DNA of 64,000 nt from an uncultured Gemmatimonadales bacterium (GCA_963783385.1 CAWANJ010000002.1:160001-224000), one strand, 5' to 3'. Shown: positions 9,463-19,637, numbered from the stretch's first letter. The notes: generated by a model from the sequence alone, not told the origin. A program made the numbers and translations.

Positions 9463-9837
9463 ATGCGGGCCAGGATCGGCCTCAAGAGGGCCTACGACGA
9501 GCCGGCGGCGGAGGACGGCCAGCGCTTCCTGGTGGACCGCCTGTGGCCGCGCGGCCGGAGCCGCGAGGCGCTGGATCTGGTTGATTGGGCGCGCGAGGCG
9601 GCACCGAGCGACGAACTGCGCCGCAGGTTCCACCGACAGCCGCAGCTGTGGGACGAGTTCTGCCGGAGCTACCGCGCCGAGCTCGAGGACCGGCCGGAGG
9701 CGTGGCGTGCCCTGCTGGAAGCGGCCCGCGAGGGGCCGATCACGCTCGTGTTCGCCGCGCGGGACACCGAGCGCAACAACGCCGTGGCGCTGCGCTCCTT
9801 CCTGCTGGAGCGCCTGGGGGATGCCGGAGACTCGTGA
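9463..9837 (+). CDS. DUF488/YeaO-family protein
   Basis: IGLKRAYDEPAAEDGQRFLVDRLWPRG...APSDELRR...RDTERNNAVAL. Confidence 0.9.
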   Translation: MRARIGLKRAYDEPAAEDGQRFLVDRLWPRGRSREALDLVDWAREAAPSDELRRRFHRQPQLWDEFCRSYRAELEDRPEAWRALLEAAREGPITLVFAARDTERNNAVALRSFLLERLGDAGDS

Positions 9838-10645
9838 CCACGGCGTGAAGGTCCTCCGCCCCGACTTCGATCCTGCCGGCTTCCTGTCGCATGTGCGCGG
9901 GGCCGCGGCTCGCGTGCTCCTGCTCGACTACGATGGGACGCTGGCCCCCTTCCGAGTCGATCCCATGCAGGCGCGCCCGTACGAGGGCGTGCGCGGGCGG
10001 CTCGACACGATCCGGCGGGGCGCCACGCGGCTGGTGGTGGTCAGCGGGAGACCGGCCCGGGAGGTGAGGGAGCTCCTGGGCCTGGATCCAGTTCCCGAGG
10101 TGTGGGGGACGCACGGGTGGGAGCGGGCCCTGCCCGGCCGGGAACCCCCTCGGGTCGACCTCCCCGAGGAGGCGCGCCGCGGGCTCGACGAGGCAGCGCG
10201 GGCCGAGGCCGCCGGGAAGGGGCCCGGCCGGCTGGAACGAAAGCCGGCCGCCCTGGCGCTCCACGTTCGCGGGCTGGATGCGGGCGCGGCGGAGCGGACG
10301 TTGAGCGGCGCGCGTTCGGCATGGGAGCCGCTGGCCACCCGGCACGGGCTGGAGCTACGGGAGTTCGACGGAGGCCTCGAGCTCCGCGTGCCCGGACGGG
10401 ACAAGGGGGAGGCGGTGCGTACCGTGCTGTCCGAGGCTCGCGGCTCCTCGCCTGCCGGAGATGTCGGGGCCGCCTACCTGGGGGACGACGAGACGGACGA
10501 GGACGCATTCCGGGCCATGCGGGGCCGGGGCGCGGCCATCCTGGTGCGTCCGCGATTGCGCGAGACCGCCGCCGACGCCTGGATCCGGCCGCCCGCCGGG
10601 CTCTTGAGGTTCCTCGACGACTGGATCGAAGCGTCGACATCTTGA
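9821..10645 (+). CDS. otsB: Trehalose-6-phosphate phosphatase (alternative start 9845)
   Basis: HAD motifs LDYDGTLAPF, VVSGR, DKGEAV, YLGDDETDEDAF. Confidence 0.92.
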   Translation: MPETRDHGVKVLRPDFDPAGFLSHVRGAAARVLLLDYDGTLAPFRVDPMQARPYEGVRGRLDTIRRGATRLVVVSGRPAREVRELLGLDPVPEVWGTHGWERALPGREPPRVDLPEEARRGLDEAARAEAAGKGPGRLERKPAALALHVRGLDAGAAERTLSGARSAWEPLATRHGLELREFDGGLELRVPGRDKGEAVRTVLSEARGSSPAGDVGAAYLGDDETDEDAFRAMRGRGAAILVRPRLRETAADAWIRPPAGLLRFLDDWIEASTS

Positions 10646-10655
10646 CGGAGAGCGA

Positions 10656-11759
10656 ATGAACTTTTGGGAGACCCCGTTCTACGGGAACACGCCGGCCCGC
10701 TGGCTGACGGCGGCCGGCGTGCTGCTGGCCACGCTTGTGATCTTCCGGCTGGTGGCCTCGGTCGTGGTGCGCCGCTTGGAGGCGTTCTCCCGGAGGACGG
10801 ACACGCGGCTGGACGACCTCGCGTCTCTGCTCCTGGACCGCACCGGAGCGCCGTTCCTGTTCGTGGTGGCCGTGTGGGCGGCCTCTTACTCCGTAAAGCT
10901 CCCGGTACGGCTGGAGGGTGGGATCCGGGTGGCCGCCGTCCTCGCGCTCCTCGCCCAGGCGGGGGTGTGGGGCGGCGCGGCCATCACCTTCTTCATCCTG
11001 GGATACCGCAACCGGCAGCTCGAGGTGGACGCGGAGGCCGTCACCACGGTGAGCGCCTTCGGCTTCATCGGGAAGCTGATCCTGTGGAGCACCTTGCTGA
11101 TCCTGGCGCTCGACAACCTGGGCTTCGAGGTCAAGACGCTACTCGCGGGCCTCGGCGTGGGCGGCATCGCGGTGGCGCTGGCGGTGCAGAACATCCTCGG
11201 CGACCTGTTCGCCTCCCTGTCCATCGTGCTGGACAAGCCCTTCGTGATCGGGGACTTTCTCGTCGTGGGGGACCACATGGGCACGGTCGAGCAGGTGGGG
11301 ATCAAGACGACCCGGATCCGCAGCCTGTCGGGCGAGCAGCTCGTGTTCTCCAACGCGGACCTGCTCGAGTCTCGCATCCGGAACTACGGCCGCATGCGGG
11401 AGCGCAGGGCCGTGTTCGAGTTCGGCGTCACGTACGATACGCCCCCTGACGTGGCCGAGAGGATCCCGGACATGGTGCGCGACATCCTCCGGGGCCACGA
11501 CGAAGTGCGGGTGGACCGGTCGCACTTCAAGGCGTTCGGCGATTCGGCCCTGGAGTTCGAGACCGTGTACTTCGTCTCCGACCCGGCGTTCAACACCTAC
11601 ATGGACATCCAGCAGGCCGTGAACCTGGATCTGATGCGACGCTTCGAGGACGAGCGCATCGAGTTCGCGTTCCCGACGCGGACCGTGCGCCTGGATGGCC
11701 GGGCGCCCCGGGGCGAGCCCCGCACCATCGGGCCGACGCCGGAGCCATCCCGTGTCTGA
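10656..11759 (+). CDS. mscS: MscS-family mechanosensitive channel (second paralog)
   Basis: LGVGGIAVALAVQNILGDLFASLSIVLDKPFVIGD, IEFAFPTRTV. Confidence 0.93.
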   Translation: MNFWETPFYGNTPARWLTAAGVLLATLVIFRLVASVVVRRLEAFSRRTDTRLDDLASLLLDRTGAPFLFVVAVWAASYSVKLPVRLEGGIRVAAVLALLAQAGVWGGAAITFFILGYRNRQLEVDAEAVTTVSAFGFIGKLILWSTLLILALDNLGFEVKTLLAGLGVGGIAVALAVQNILGDLFASLSIVLDKPFVIGDFLVVGDHMGTVEQVGIKTTRIRSLSGEQLVFSNADLLESRIRNYGRMRERRAVFEFGVTYDTPPDVAERIPDMVRDILRGHDEVRVDRSHFKAFGDSALEFETVYFVSDPAFNTYMDIQQAVNLDLMRRFEDERIEFAFPTRTVRLDGRAPRGEPRTIGPTPEPSRV

Positions 11760-13290
11760 CGCGGGCCGGGCCATCTCGGCGGGCGCTTCCTTCCCGGGCC
11801 GGAGGATCGTGGTGGCCTCCAACCGGTTGCCGGTCAGCCTCCAGCGAACGGGAGACGGCTGGGAAGTCGAGCCGGGCTCGGGCGGTCTCGTGACCGCGCT
11901 CGCGCCCGTCCTCCGGAGCCGAGGCGGCGTGTGGGTAGGCTGGCCCGGCACCGTCAAGGCGGACGACGAGCTCGAGGGGGTCCTGGACCGGGCCACGCGG
12001 GACGCCGGCTATCGGCTGGAGCCGGTGCCTCTCACGAGGGAGGAGCGGGACAACTACTACTACGGCTTCTCCAACGAGGTGCTGTGGCCCCTCCTCCACG
12101 ACCTCCAGACCCTGTTCCGCTTCGACCCCGACTACTGGAGCGCGTACGAGACCGTGAACCACTCCTTCGCGGCGACCATGGCCCGCGTGGCCGGGCCGGA
12201 CGACTACCTGTGGGTGCACGACTATCACCTCATGCTGGTGGCCGCGTCGCTGCGGGGCATGGGGATAGAGAACCGGATCGGCTACTTCCTCCACACGCCG
12301 TTCCCTCCTCCGGACATCCTCGTCAAGCTGCCGTGGCGCATGCAGGTCCTCGGTGCCCTCCTGTGCTACGACCTCCTCGGGTTCCAGACGATCCGGGACC
12401 GGAACAACTTCCTGGCGTGCGCGGGCCAGTTCCTTCGCAACGTCCGCGTGGAAGGGGAGGGGACGGTGGTCCGGTGCGACTTCGAAGATCGCAGCGTCCG
12501 CGTCGGAGCGTTCCCGATCAGCATCGATTTCGACGATTTCGACCGGACCGCTCGCAGCGACCAGGTCGTGTCGCTCATGCAGGACCTCGGCGGGATCGCT
12601 CCCGGTGGACACATGATCCTCGGCGTCGACCGACTCGACTATACGAAGGGGATCCCGAACCGGATCGACGCGTTCCGGATCGTGCTGGAGCGGAACCCGT
12701 CCCTGCGGGGCAAGCTCACGCTGGTCCAGATCGTCGTGCCCAGCCGGGAGCACATCCCCGAATACCACGATCTCAAGCGGCAGATCGAGCGCATGGTGGG
12801 CGAGATCAACGGCCGGTTCACGACCGACACGTGGGTCCCGGTGCACTACCGTTACCGGAGCCTGGATCGGCCGGCCCTGGTGGCCCACTACCGCAAGGCC
12901 TCGGTGGCCCTCGTGACCCCCCTCAAGGACGGCATGAACCTCGTCGCCAAGGAGTATTGCGCGGCGAACGTCGACCTGGACGGCGTCCTCGTCCTCAGCG
13001 AGTTCACGGGCGCCGCGGCCCAGCTCCAGGACGGGGCCCTCCTGGTCAACCCGTACGACACGATCGAGGTGGCCGAGGCCATCGGACGGGCGGCCCGCAT
13101 GCCGAGCGACGAGCGCCATCGGCGCATGGAGCGGCTCCGGAGCGTGGTACGGGATCAGGACGTATACTGGTGGGTCGAGACCTTCGCCCGTGCCGCGTCC
13201 AGCCCGGAGCTGCCGCCCCTGCCGACCCTGCCCGACTTCGTGCCCGGCTTCCGACTGCGGGGGGATCCGTGCGGCGAGGACGGGGCGTGA
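11752..13290 (+). CDS. otsA: Trehalose-6-phosphate synthase (GT20)
   Basis: SNRLP, WVHDYHL, FLHTPFP, GVDRLDYTKGI, DGMNLVAKEY. Confidence 0.95.
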   Translation: MSDAGRAISAGASFPGRRIVVASNRLPVSLQRTGDGWEVEPGSGGLVTALAPVLRSRGGVWVGWPGTVKADDELEGVLDRATRDAGYRLEPVPLTREERDNYYYGFSNEVLWPLLHDLQTLFRFDPDYWSAYETVNHSFAATMARVAGPDDYLWVHDYHLMLVAASLRGMGIENRIGYFLHTPFPPPDILVKLPWRMQVLGALLCYDLLGFQTIRDRNNFLACAGQFLRNVRVEGEGTVVRCDFEDRSVRVGAFPISIDFDDFDRTARSDQVVSLMQDLGGIAPGGHMILGVDRLDYTKGIPNRIDAFRIVLERNPSLRGKLTLVQIVVPSREHIPEYHDLKRQIERMVGEINGRFTTDTWVPVHYRYRSLDRPALVAHYRKASVALVTPLKDGMNLVAKEYCAANVDLDGVLVLSEFTGAAAQLQDGALLVNPYDTIEVAEAIGRAARMPSDERHRRMERLRSVVRDQDVYWWVETFARAASSPELPPLPTLPDFVPGFRLRGDPCGEDGA

Positions 13291-13316
13291 CCCCGGCGCC
13301 GCAGCCGATCGCCGCG

Positions 13317-13345
13317 TTGACTCGCGCCGTCGCCCGATGTAGGCT
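13317..13345 (+). promoter_or_regulatory. Sigma70 promoter of the prs operon
   Basis: TTGACT-N17-TAGGCT. Confidence 0.7.
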
Positions 13346-13390
13346 AATGGGCTCTTAAGCATTCGCGCACCCGCTGCCACCGAGGAGAGC

Positions 13391-14419
13391 ATGTCGGAGC
13401 TATCGGCCACGGCGAGCCCCATGATGCTGCTCGCCGGGACCGCGAACCCGGCCCTGGCGGAGCGCATCGCCCGCGAGCTGGACCGGCCGCTGTGCGATGT
13501 GACGATCAAGCGGTTCGCGGACGGCGAGATCTTCGTTCGCATCAACGAGAACGTTCGTGGACGGGATGTGTTCATCATCCAGCCCACGAATCCGCCGGGC
13601 GACAACGTCCTCGAGCTCCTCATCCTCATCGACGCGGCCAAGCGAGCTTCGGCCGCCCGGGTGACGGCGGTGGTGCCGTACTACGGTTATGCGAGGCAGG
13701 ACCGGAAGGACCAGCCGCGGGTCTCGATCGCCGCCAAGCTCATGGCGAACCTGATCACGGCGGCAGGGGCCGATCGCCTGCTGTCGATCGACTTTCACCA
13801 GCACCAGCTGCAGGGGTTCTTCGACATTCCGGTGGATCACCTGTACGCGGCCCCCGTCCTCACCGGCCGTTACCGCGAGATGGAGCTGGAGGAGCCGGTC
13901 GTGGTGGCGACGGACGTCGGTGCGGCCAAAATGGCCCGCGGCTACGCGCAGCGTCTCGGCGAGGCGAGCCTCGCGATCATCGACAAGCGGCGGCCCGGAC
14001 CCAACGTGGCCGAGGTGTCCAACGTGGTCGGGGAAGTGGACGGGCGCCCCTGCCTGATCGTCGACGACATGATCGACACGGCCGGCACCATGGCCGGAGC
14101 CGTGACGGCGCTGAAGGAACGTGGAGCGACGCGGGTGTATTGCGTTGCGACCCACGCGCTGCTGTCGGGCCCGGCGATCGAGCGGCTCGCGAGCGTGGAC
14201 GTGGAGGAGGTCGCGGTGACGGACACGATCGCCATCCCCGCCAGCAAGCGGGCGGCGCTCCCGTCCCTGCGCATCATGTCCGTGGCGGGCCTGCTCGCCC
14301 GGGCGATCGAGAACACCCACTTCAGCCGGTCCGTGAGTTCCCTGTTCAACGGCGATTCCTCGGAGGATGAGGATGCCGGGGTCGAGCTGCGGGCGGTGCC
14401 GACGGATAGAGAGGCGTGA
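13391..14419 (+). CDS. prs: Ribose-phosphate pyrophosphokinase
   Basis: FADGEIFVRINENVRGRD, PYYGYARQDRK, IVDDMIDTAGT. Confidence 0.97.
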   Translation: MSELSATASPMMLLAGTANPALAERIARELDRPLCDVTIKRFADGEIFVRINENVRGRDVFIIQPTNPPGDNVLELLILIDAAKRASAARVTAVVPYYGYARQDRKDQPRVSIAAKLMANLITAAGADRLLSIDFHQHQLQGFFDIPVDHLYAAPVLTGRYREMELEEPVVVATDVGAAKMARGYAQRLGEASLAIIDKRRPGPNVAEVSNVVGEVDGRPCLIVDDMIDTAGTMAGAVTALKERGATRVYCVATHALLSGPAIERLASVDVEEVAVTDTIAIPASKRAALPSLRIMSVAGLLARAIENTHFSRSVSSLFNGDSSEDEDAGVELRAVPTDREA

Positions 14420-14420
14420 C

Positions 14421-15128
14421 ATGGCGGTCGAAGCAATTCTGAAGGCGGAGGAGCGGACCCAGACGGGTAGCGGCGCGGCGCGCCGGATGCGCCGCGACGG
14501 GTACGTCCCGGCCGTCGTGTACGGGCACGGCGAGTCGTCCAGGAACCTGAAGATCCGGGAGCGTGAGCTGCAGACGCTCCTGGACCGGATCAGCGTGGAC
14601 AACACGCTCGTGGACCTGGAGGTCGACGGCGACGCGAGCCAGAAGGTGCTGATCCGCGAGGTGCAGCGGCATCCGTGGAAGGCGCGTGTGCTACACGTGG
14701 ACTTCTTCCAGATCCGCGCCGACGAGAAGCTCCGTGTGGCGGTTCCGCTAGAGCTCGTGGGCGTTCCCAAGGGCGTGCTCGACGAGGGGGGCATCCTCCA
14801 GCAGAGCCGCCACGACATCGAGGTGGAATGCCTGCCGGGCGAGATCCCCGAGCGCTTCGAGCTCGATGTCTCGAACCTGGACATTGGTGACTCGCTGCAC
14901 GTGGCGGACCTGAACACGGGCGGCGTGCGTCCTCTCGAGGACCTCGACCTCACGCTTTGCGTGGTGGTGCCGCCGACCGTCATCCAGGTCGAGGAGGAAG
15001 AGGAGGAGGTCCTGCTCGAGGGCCTGGAGCCCGAGCTCATCGGCCGCGAAGGCGAGGAGGAGGGCGAGGAGGAGACGCCCCAGGCCGCGGGGCGCCAGCG
15101 CGAGCAGGAGGACGAGGAGGAGGCGTAG
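14421..15128 (+). CDS. rplY: 50S ribosomal protein L25/Ctc (long form, acidic tail)
   Basis: ARRMRRDGYVPAVVYG, VLIREVQRHP...LHVDF, LDIGDSLHVADL. Confidence 0.95.
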   Translation: MAVEAILKAEERTQTGSGAARRMRRDGYVPAVVYGHGESSRNLKIRERELQTLLDRISVDNTLVDLEVDGDASQKVLIREVQRHPWKARVLHVDFFQIRADEKLRVAVPLELVGVPKGVLDEGGILQQSRHDIEVECLPGEIPERFELDVSNLDIGDSLHVADLNTGGVRPLEDLDLTLCVVVPPTVIQVEEEEEEVLLEGLEPELIGREGEEEGEEETPQAAGRQREQEDEEEA

Positions 15129-15163
15129 CGTCGACCCCTCTCTCTCGCACGGCGCAAGGCCGC

Positions 15164-15730
15164 GTGAAGGCCATCGTCGCCCTCGGCAACCCCGGCGACC
15201 GCTACGTCGACACACGCCACAACGTCGGGTGGTGGTTGGCGGAGCGGCTGCGGGCCGCGTGGTCGTTTCCGGCCTTCCGCGCCCGGGACGCGACCCGGAC
15301 GTCGGAGGGACGGCGCGGTGAGCACACGGTGCGCATCGTCCAGCCTCTCACGTACGTCAACCGTAGCGGCCGCGTCGCTCGTGACATGATGGTCGAGACC
15401 GGCCTGTCGCCCTCCCAGGACCTGTTGGTCCTGGTGGACGACGTTTCCCTGCCGCCCGGCGCCCTGAGGATGCGGGCGAGCGGGTCATCGGGTGGGCACA
15501 ACGGCCTCGCGTCGATCGAGGAAGCGGTGGGGACGCGGGAGTACGCCAGGCTCCGCATCGGCGTGGGCCGGCCCCACGACGACAGGATCGATCTGGCCGA
15601 CTGGGTGCTCGCGCCGCTGCCCGGGCCCGAAGAGGAGGCGGTGCTGGAGACGTTCCCGAGGGCGATCGAAGCCGTCGACTGCTGGTTGGTCGAGGGCGTC
15701 GGGGCGGCCATGAGTCGCCACAACGGCTGA
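15164..15730 (+). CDS. pth: Peptidyl-tRNA hydrolase
   Basis: LGNPGDRYVDTRHNVG, GSSGGHNGLASI, RLRIGVGRP. Confidence 0.95.
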   Translation: MKAIVALGNPGDRYVDTRHNVGWWLAERLRAAWSFPAFRARDATRTSEGRRGEHTVRIVQPLTYVNRSGRVARDMMVETGLSPSQDLLVLVDDVSLPPGALRMRASGSSGGHNGLASIEEAVGTREYARLRIGVGRPHDDRIDLADWVLAPLPGPEEEAVLETFPRAIEAVDCWLVEGVGAAMSRHNG

Positions 15731-15775
15731 GATCGGTTCGATCGCGGTGGACACCTAGAGAGGAGAGAGAGGGCC

Positions 15776-17914
15776 GTGGAGGTATACTCTAATTATGCGC
15801 TGTGGCTGGGTCTGATCGGCCTGGCGTTCGCCTGGGCGCTGTACGCCTACGTGCGGAGCCAGCCGGACGGCAGCGATCTCATGCGAGACCTGGCCGAGCA
15901 GATCCACAGCGGCGCCATGACCTTCCTGCGCCGTGAGTACACGGTGCTCATCCCCTTCATCGTCGTGGTGGCCTTCCTCCTGTGGGCCCTGATCGGGGGC
16001 GCCACGGCGGCGGCCTACGTGCTCGGCGCGTTCTCGTCGATCCTGGCGGGGGTGTTCGGCATGCAGGCCGCGACGCACGCCAACGTGCGTACGGCCGAGG
16101 CCGCGCGCTCCTCGGGCCAGGCCAGGGCGCTGCGGGTCGCGTTCAGCGGCGGCTCCGTGATGGGGCTGGCCGTGGCGAGCCTCGGACTGGTGGGTATCGG
16201 GGCGGTCGTCCTCATCTTCCTGCACCCCGGAGCCGTCGGCTTCTCCTTCAGGACCTTCGGGGAGATCATCTCCGGCTACGCCATGGGAGCCTCCTCCATC
16301 GCCCTGTTCGCACGGGTGGGCGGCGGCATCTACACCAAGGCGGCGGACGTCGGGGCGGATCTGGTCGGGAAGGTCGAGGCGGGGATCCCGGAAGATGATC
16401 CGCGCAACCCCGCCACCATCGCGGACAACGTCGGGGACAACGTCGGGGACGTGGCCGGCATGGGAGCGGACATCTTCGAGTCCTACGTGGGCTCGATCGT
16501 GGCCACGATCGTGATCGGCGTCTCGAGTCCGATCATCATGAGCTCGCAGCGGCTGGAGGCCGTGGCCCTCCCCGTCCTCTACGTGATGATCGGCCTCCTG
16601 GCCAGCGTGGTGGGAGTGCTGGCCATGCGCGTGTTGGAGCGCATGAACCCGGCCTCGGCGCTGCGCAACACGACGTTCGTGGCGGGCGTGCTTTTCTGGA
16701 TCGGGGCCTACTTCGTGACCGTGCAGCTGGACGTGTTCGCCGGCGCGAACGCCGGACACTGGCACCTCCTGAACCACGCCGCCGGGCCGTTCTGGGCGAT
16801 GCTGTTCGGCTCCCTGTGTGGCATGGCCATCGGCATCAGCACGGAGTTCTATACGGCCGGCGGACCCATGCGGAGAATCGCGGACGCGTCGGAGACGGGG
16901 GCAGCGACCAACATCATCACCGGCCTGGCGGTCGGGATGGAGTCGGTGGCGATTCCGCTCCTCCTCATCTGCGCCTCTATCTTCCTGGCCTTCAAGTTCT
17001 CCGGCTTGTACGGCATCGGGATCGCCGCGGTCGGGATGCTGGCCACGGTGGGCGTCACCATGTCGGTCGACGCCTACGGCCCCATCGCCGACAATGCGGG
17101 CGGCATCAGCGAGATGAGCGGCCTCGGCCCGAGCGTACGCGCCATCACGGACAGGCTGGATGCCCTGGGCAATACCACGGCCGCCATCGGGAAGGGCTTC
17201 GCGATCGGCTCTGCCGCCCTGACCGCTCTGGCCCTGTTCTCGGCCTATGCGAACGCCGTCGGGCTCACGCGCGAAGGCATCAACCTGGTCCATCCGCTGG
17301 TCGTCATCGGACTGTTCGTGGGTGGTATCACGCCCTTCTTCATCTCGGCGCTCACCATGACGGCGGTCGGTCGGGCGGCGGCGGGCATGGTGGAGGAGGT
17401 GCGCCGACAGTTCCGCGAGATCCCGGGCATCATGGAGGGGACCGGCAAGCCGGATCCCTCCCGCTGCGTGGACATCTCGAGCCGGGCGGCGCTGCGCGAG
17501 ATGATCATCCCGGGGCTCACCGCGATCGCCGTCCCGGTCCTGGCGGGCTACTTCCTGGGCGTGGAGGCGCTGGGCGGACTCCTGGCCGGCGCCACCATCA
17601 GTGGCGTGCTCCTGGCCCTGTTCATGTCCAACGCTGGAGGTGCCTGGGACAACGCCAAGAAGTTCATCGAGACGGGCCAGCACGGCGGCAAGGGATCCGA
17701 CTCGCACAGGGCGGCCGTGGTGGGCGACACGGTGGGAGACCCGTTCAAGGACACGTCGGGTCCGTCGATGAACATCGTGATCAAGCTGATCAGCGTGGTG
17801 TCGCTGGTGCTGGCGCCCTGGTTCGCGCGGGTGCACGGGATCGTGCCGGCCGGGGACGTCGGGATGGGCGCGGCCTGGCACCAGCTCGTGCACCTGCTGG
17901 GGCATCTGGTGTAA
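15776..17914 (+). CDS. hppA: Membrane ion-translocating pyrophosphatase (K+-dependent, probably Na+-pumping)
   Basis: [57 protein letters not shown]. Confidence 0.96.
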   Translation: MEVYSNYALWLGLIGLAFAWALYAYVRSQPDGSDLMRDLAEQIHSGAMTFLRREYTVLIPFIVVVAFLLWALIGGATAAAYVLGAFSSILAGVFGMQAATHANVRTAEAARSSGQARALRVAFSGGSVMGLAVASLGLVGIGAVVLIFLHPGAVGFSFRTFGEIISGYAMGASSIALFARVGGGIYTKAADVGADLVGKVEAGIPEDDPRNPATIADNVGDNVGDVAGMGADIFESYVGSIVATIVIGVSSPIIMSSQRLEAVALPVLYVMIGLLASVVGVLAMRVLERMNPASALRNTTFVAGVLFWIGAYFVTVQLDVFAGANAGHWHLLNHAAGPFWAMLFGSLCGMAIGISTEFYTAGGPMRRIADASETGAATNIITGLAVGMESVAIPLLLICASIFLAFKFSGLYGIGIAAVGMLATVGVTMSVDAYGPIADNAGGISEMSGLGPSVRAITDRLDALGNTTAAIGKGFAIGSAALTALALFSAYANAVGLTREGINLVHPLVVIGLFVGGITPFFISALTMTAVGRAAAGMVEEVRRQFREIPGIMEGTGKPDPSRCVDISSRAALREMIIPGLTAIAVPVLAGYFLGVEALGGLLAGATISGVLLALFMSNAGGAWDNAKKFIETGQHGGKGSDSHRAAVVGDTVGDPFKDTSGPSMNIVIKLISVVSLVLAPWFARVHGIVPAGDVGMGAAWHQLVHLLGHLV

Positions 17915-17927
17915 GGAACGGCGACGG

Positions 17928-17976
17928 ACCTCCGAAAGGAGGTGCGACCGAGCGGCGCGCCCCAATGGCGCGCCGC
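17928..17976 (+). other. Two tandem GC-rich hairpins after hppA (terminator or processing signal)
   Basis: ACCTCC-GAAA-GGAGGT (17928-17943) and GCGGCGCGCC-ccaat-GGCGCGCCGC (17952-17976); no U tract. Confidence 0.5.
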
Positions 17977-18025
17977 CACTCCTGCTCCGGGCACGGACCC
18001 GGGGCCGATCGAGACCGAAGGAGGC
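17977..18025 (+). ncRNA. S6:S18 ribosomal protein leader (autoregulatory RNA)
   Basis: CTCCT-GCTCCGGG...CCCGGGGC-CG...CCG-AAGGAGG: anti-SD pairs with the SD, with an inner hairpin and unpaired CCG, directly upstream of rpsF. Confidence 0.6.
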
Positions 18026-18028
18026 ACG

Positions 18029-18400
18029 ATGCGAGAGTACGAGACCGTCTACATCTTCCAGTCGACCCTCGAGCCCGAGGAGATCGACGGGAAGCTCGAG
18101 ACCTTCCACGGCCTGCTGGCCGACGCCGAGATCACGGCCGTCGAGCACTGGGGCCGTCGGCAGCTCGCCTATGAGCTCGCCGACCAGTCCGCCGGTTATT
18201 ACGTGGTGGCGCAGTTCCAGGCCGACCCGGCCCGGATCAAGCCGTTCGAGAACGCCCTCAAGATGGACGAGGCGGTGCTGCGCCATCTGGTCGTCATCTC
18301 CGAAGGCGAGTCCGCCGTCCTGCCATCCCTCCGGGGAGAGGACGATGACGATGACGATGACGACGACCGCGATGACCGTGACGAGGACGAGGAGGACTGA
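18029..18400 (+). CDS. rpsF: 30S ribosomal protein S6
   Basis: MREYETVYIF...WGRRQLAYEL...VLRHLV; AGGAGG RBS. Confidence 0.96.
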   Translation: MREYETVYIFQSTLEPEEIDGKLETFHGLLADAEITAVEHWGRRQLAYELADQSAGYYVVAQFQADPARIKPFENALKMDEAVLRHLVVISEGESAVLPSLRGEDDDDDDDDDRDDRDEDEED

Positions 18401-18403
18401 GCC

Positions 18404-18625
18404 ATGAGCGCGTTCAGGAAGAGCTGCAAGCTGTGTGACCGGGACGTCGACCGGGTGGACTACAAGAACGCGGACCTGCTGCGGCGCTACATTACCGATC
18501 GGGGCAAGATCCTGCCCCGACGGGCCACGGGAGCCTGCTCGAGGCACCAGCATCAGCTGTGCACGGCCATCAAGCGAGCCCGCTTCCTGGCCCTGGTGCC
18601 GTACATCGAGGGGTACCGGGGCTGA
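18404..18625 (+). CDS. rpsR: 30S ribosomal protein S18 (zinc-ribbon type)
   Basis: CKLC...VDYKN...GKILPRRATGACSRHQ...AIKRARFLALVPY. Confidence 0.97.
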   Translation: MSAFRKSCKLCDRDVDRVDYKNADLLRRYITDRGKILPRRATGACSRHQHQLCTAIKRARFLALVPYIEGYRG

Positions 18626-18680
18626 GCTCGACGCTCCGCGGCGGAGGAGGACGGGGGACGGCGGCGCCCCCCCGTGCGGT

Positions 18681-19619
18681 GTGACCTCCCGAGGGTGGGC
18701 CCTGACCCGGGCCCTGGCGCTGGCCCTGGCCGTGGCGGCCTTCTCACCCGTCGACCCGCTGGTCCTGGTGTTCGTGCCGCTCGCGGTCCAGATCCTGGCT
18801 TTCCGCTGGGACAGTCGCGGCGGGCTCGTCCTGGCGGCGGCGGCCGTCGTCGTGGCTTTCGCGGGACTCACGCGGAGTCCCGCCGACCCCCTCTGGTACG
18901 TGGAGCGGGCCTGGTCCCTGCTTCTCGGAGGGAGCTTCGTGGTCGCCACGGTGCTGTGGCCCCGGCGAGGCGTGGTCTCCCGCGGGCTGGCCGCCACGGC
19001 GGCGGCGTTCGGCCTGGTGGTGCTCGCCGCGCTGGTGCACCACTCGTTGTTGGCGGACCTCGACTGGCGTATCGGACACGATCTGGCCGACAAGGCGGCC
19101 GTGGTCTCCCTGTGGCTCCAGGGCCGTTCGGGAGGTGGAAGCGGGGCGTTCGAGACGGCGCTGTACGGGGCCGTGAACTGGGAGGTGAGGCTGTATCCCG
19201 GATCCCTGGCGCTGGCGTCCCTGGCGGCCCTGGGTGTCGGGGCCTACGTGACCACGCGTCTTCGGGGACGCCCCGACGGAGTGGGGCCGGTGCGTGAGTT
19301 CCGGTTCAACGACCACCTCGTGTGGGTGCTGTTGGGGGGCATGGCGCTGTTCCTTCTGCCCCTGGGAGACCTGGCGGCGCGCCTCGGGGAAAACGCCCTG
19401 CTCGTGATGGGCGGACTGTACCTGTTGCGGGGCGCGGGGATACTATTGTGGTTGGGCGCCGCCGTCGTGACATCGGTGTGGAGCGCCCTCCTGTGGACGG
19501 TGATCGCGATCTTGCTCTACCCGGTCGGGATCACGCTCGCGCTGCTGGTGGGCCTCGGGGACACCTGGCTGGACCTGCGCGCTCGCCTCGGGGCCCCGTC
19601 GGGCCCGGATGGAAGCTGA
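18681..19619 (+). CDS. YybS/DUF2232-family membrane protein
   Basis: Multi-TM; FRFNDHLVW and GLGDTWLDLRAR motifs; lies between rpsR and rplI. Confidence 0.8.
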   Translation: MTSRGWALTRALALALAVAAFSPVDPLVLVFVPLAVQILAFRWDSRGGLVLAAAAVVVAFAGLTRSPADPLWYVERAWSLLLGGSFVVATVLWPRRGVVSRGLAATAAAFGLVVLAALVHHSLLADLDWRIGHDLADKAAVVSLWLQGRSGGGSGAFETALYGAVNWEVRLYPGSLALASLAALGVGAYVTTRLRGRPDGVGPVREFRFNDHLVWVLLGGMALFLLPLGDLAARLGENALLVMGGLYLLRGAGILLWLGAAVVTSVWSALLWTVIAILLYPVGITLALLVGLGDTWLDLRARLGAPSGPDGS

Positions 19620-19637
19620 AACGACAAGGACGCGACG

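Noticed and set aside
13290-13390. tRNA-Gln often found upstream of prs
   Set aside because: No cloverleaf or T-loop GTTCGA here; the gap holds only a promoter.
15755-19093. Very long antisense or alternate-frame ORFs (e.g. 1112 aa here, 26670-29243, 54782-57736, 7056-9335)
   Set aside because: Shadow ORFs of high-GC codon usage. They are Arg/Pro/Gly-rich, lack motifs and fully overlap well-supported genes.
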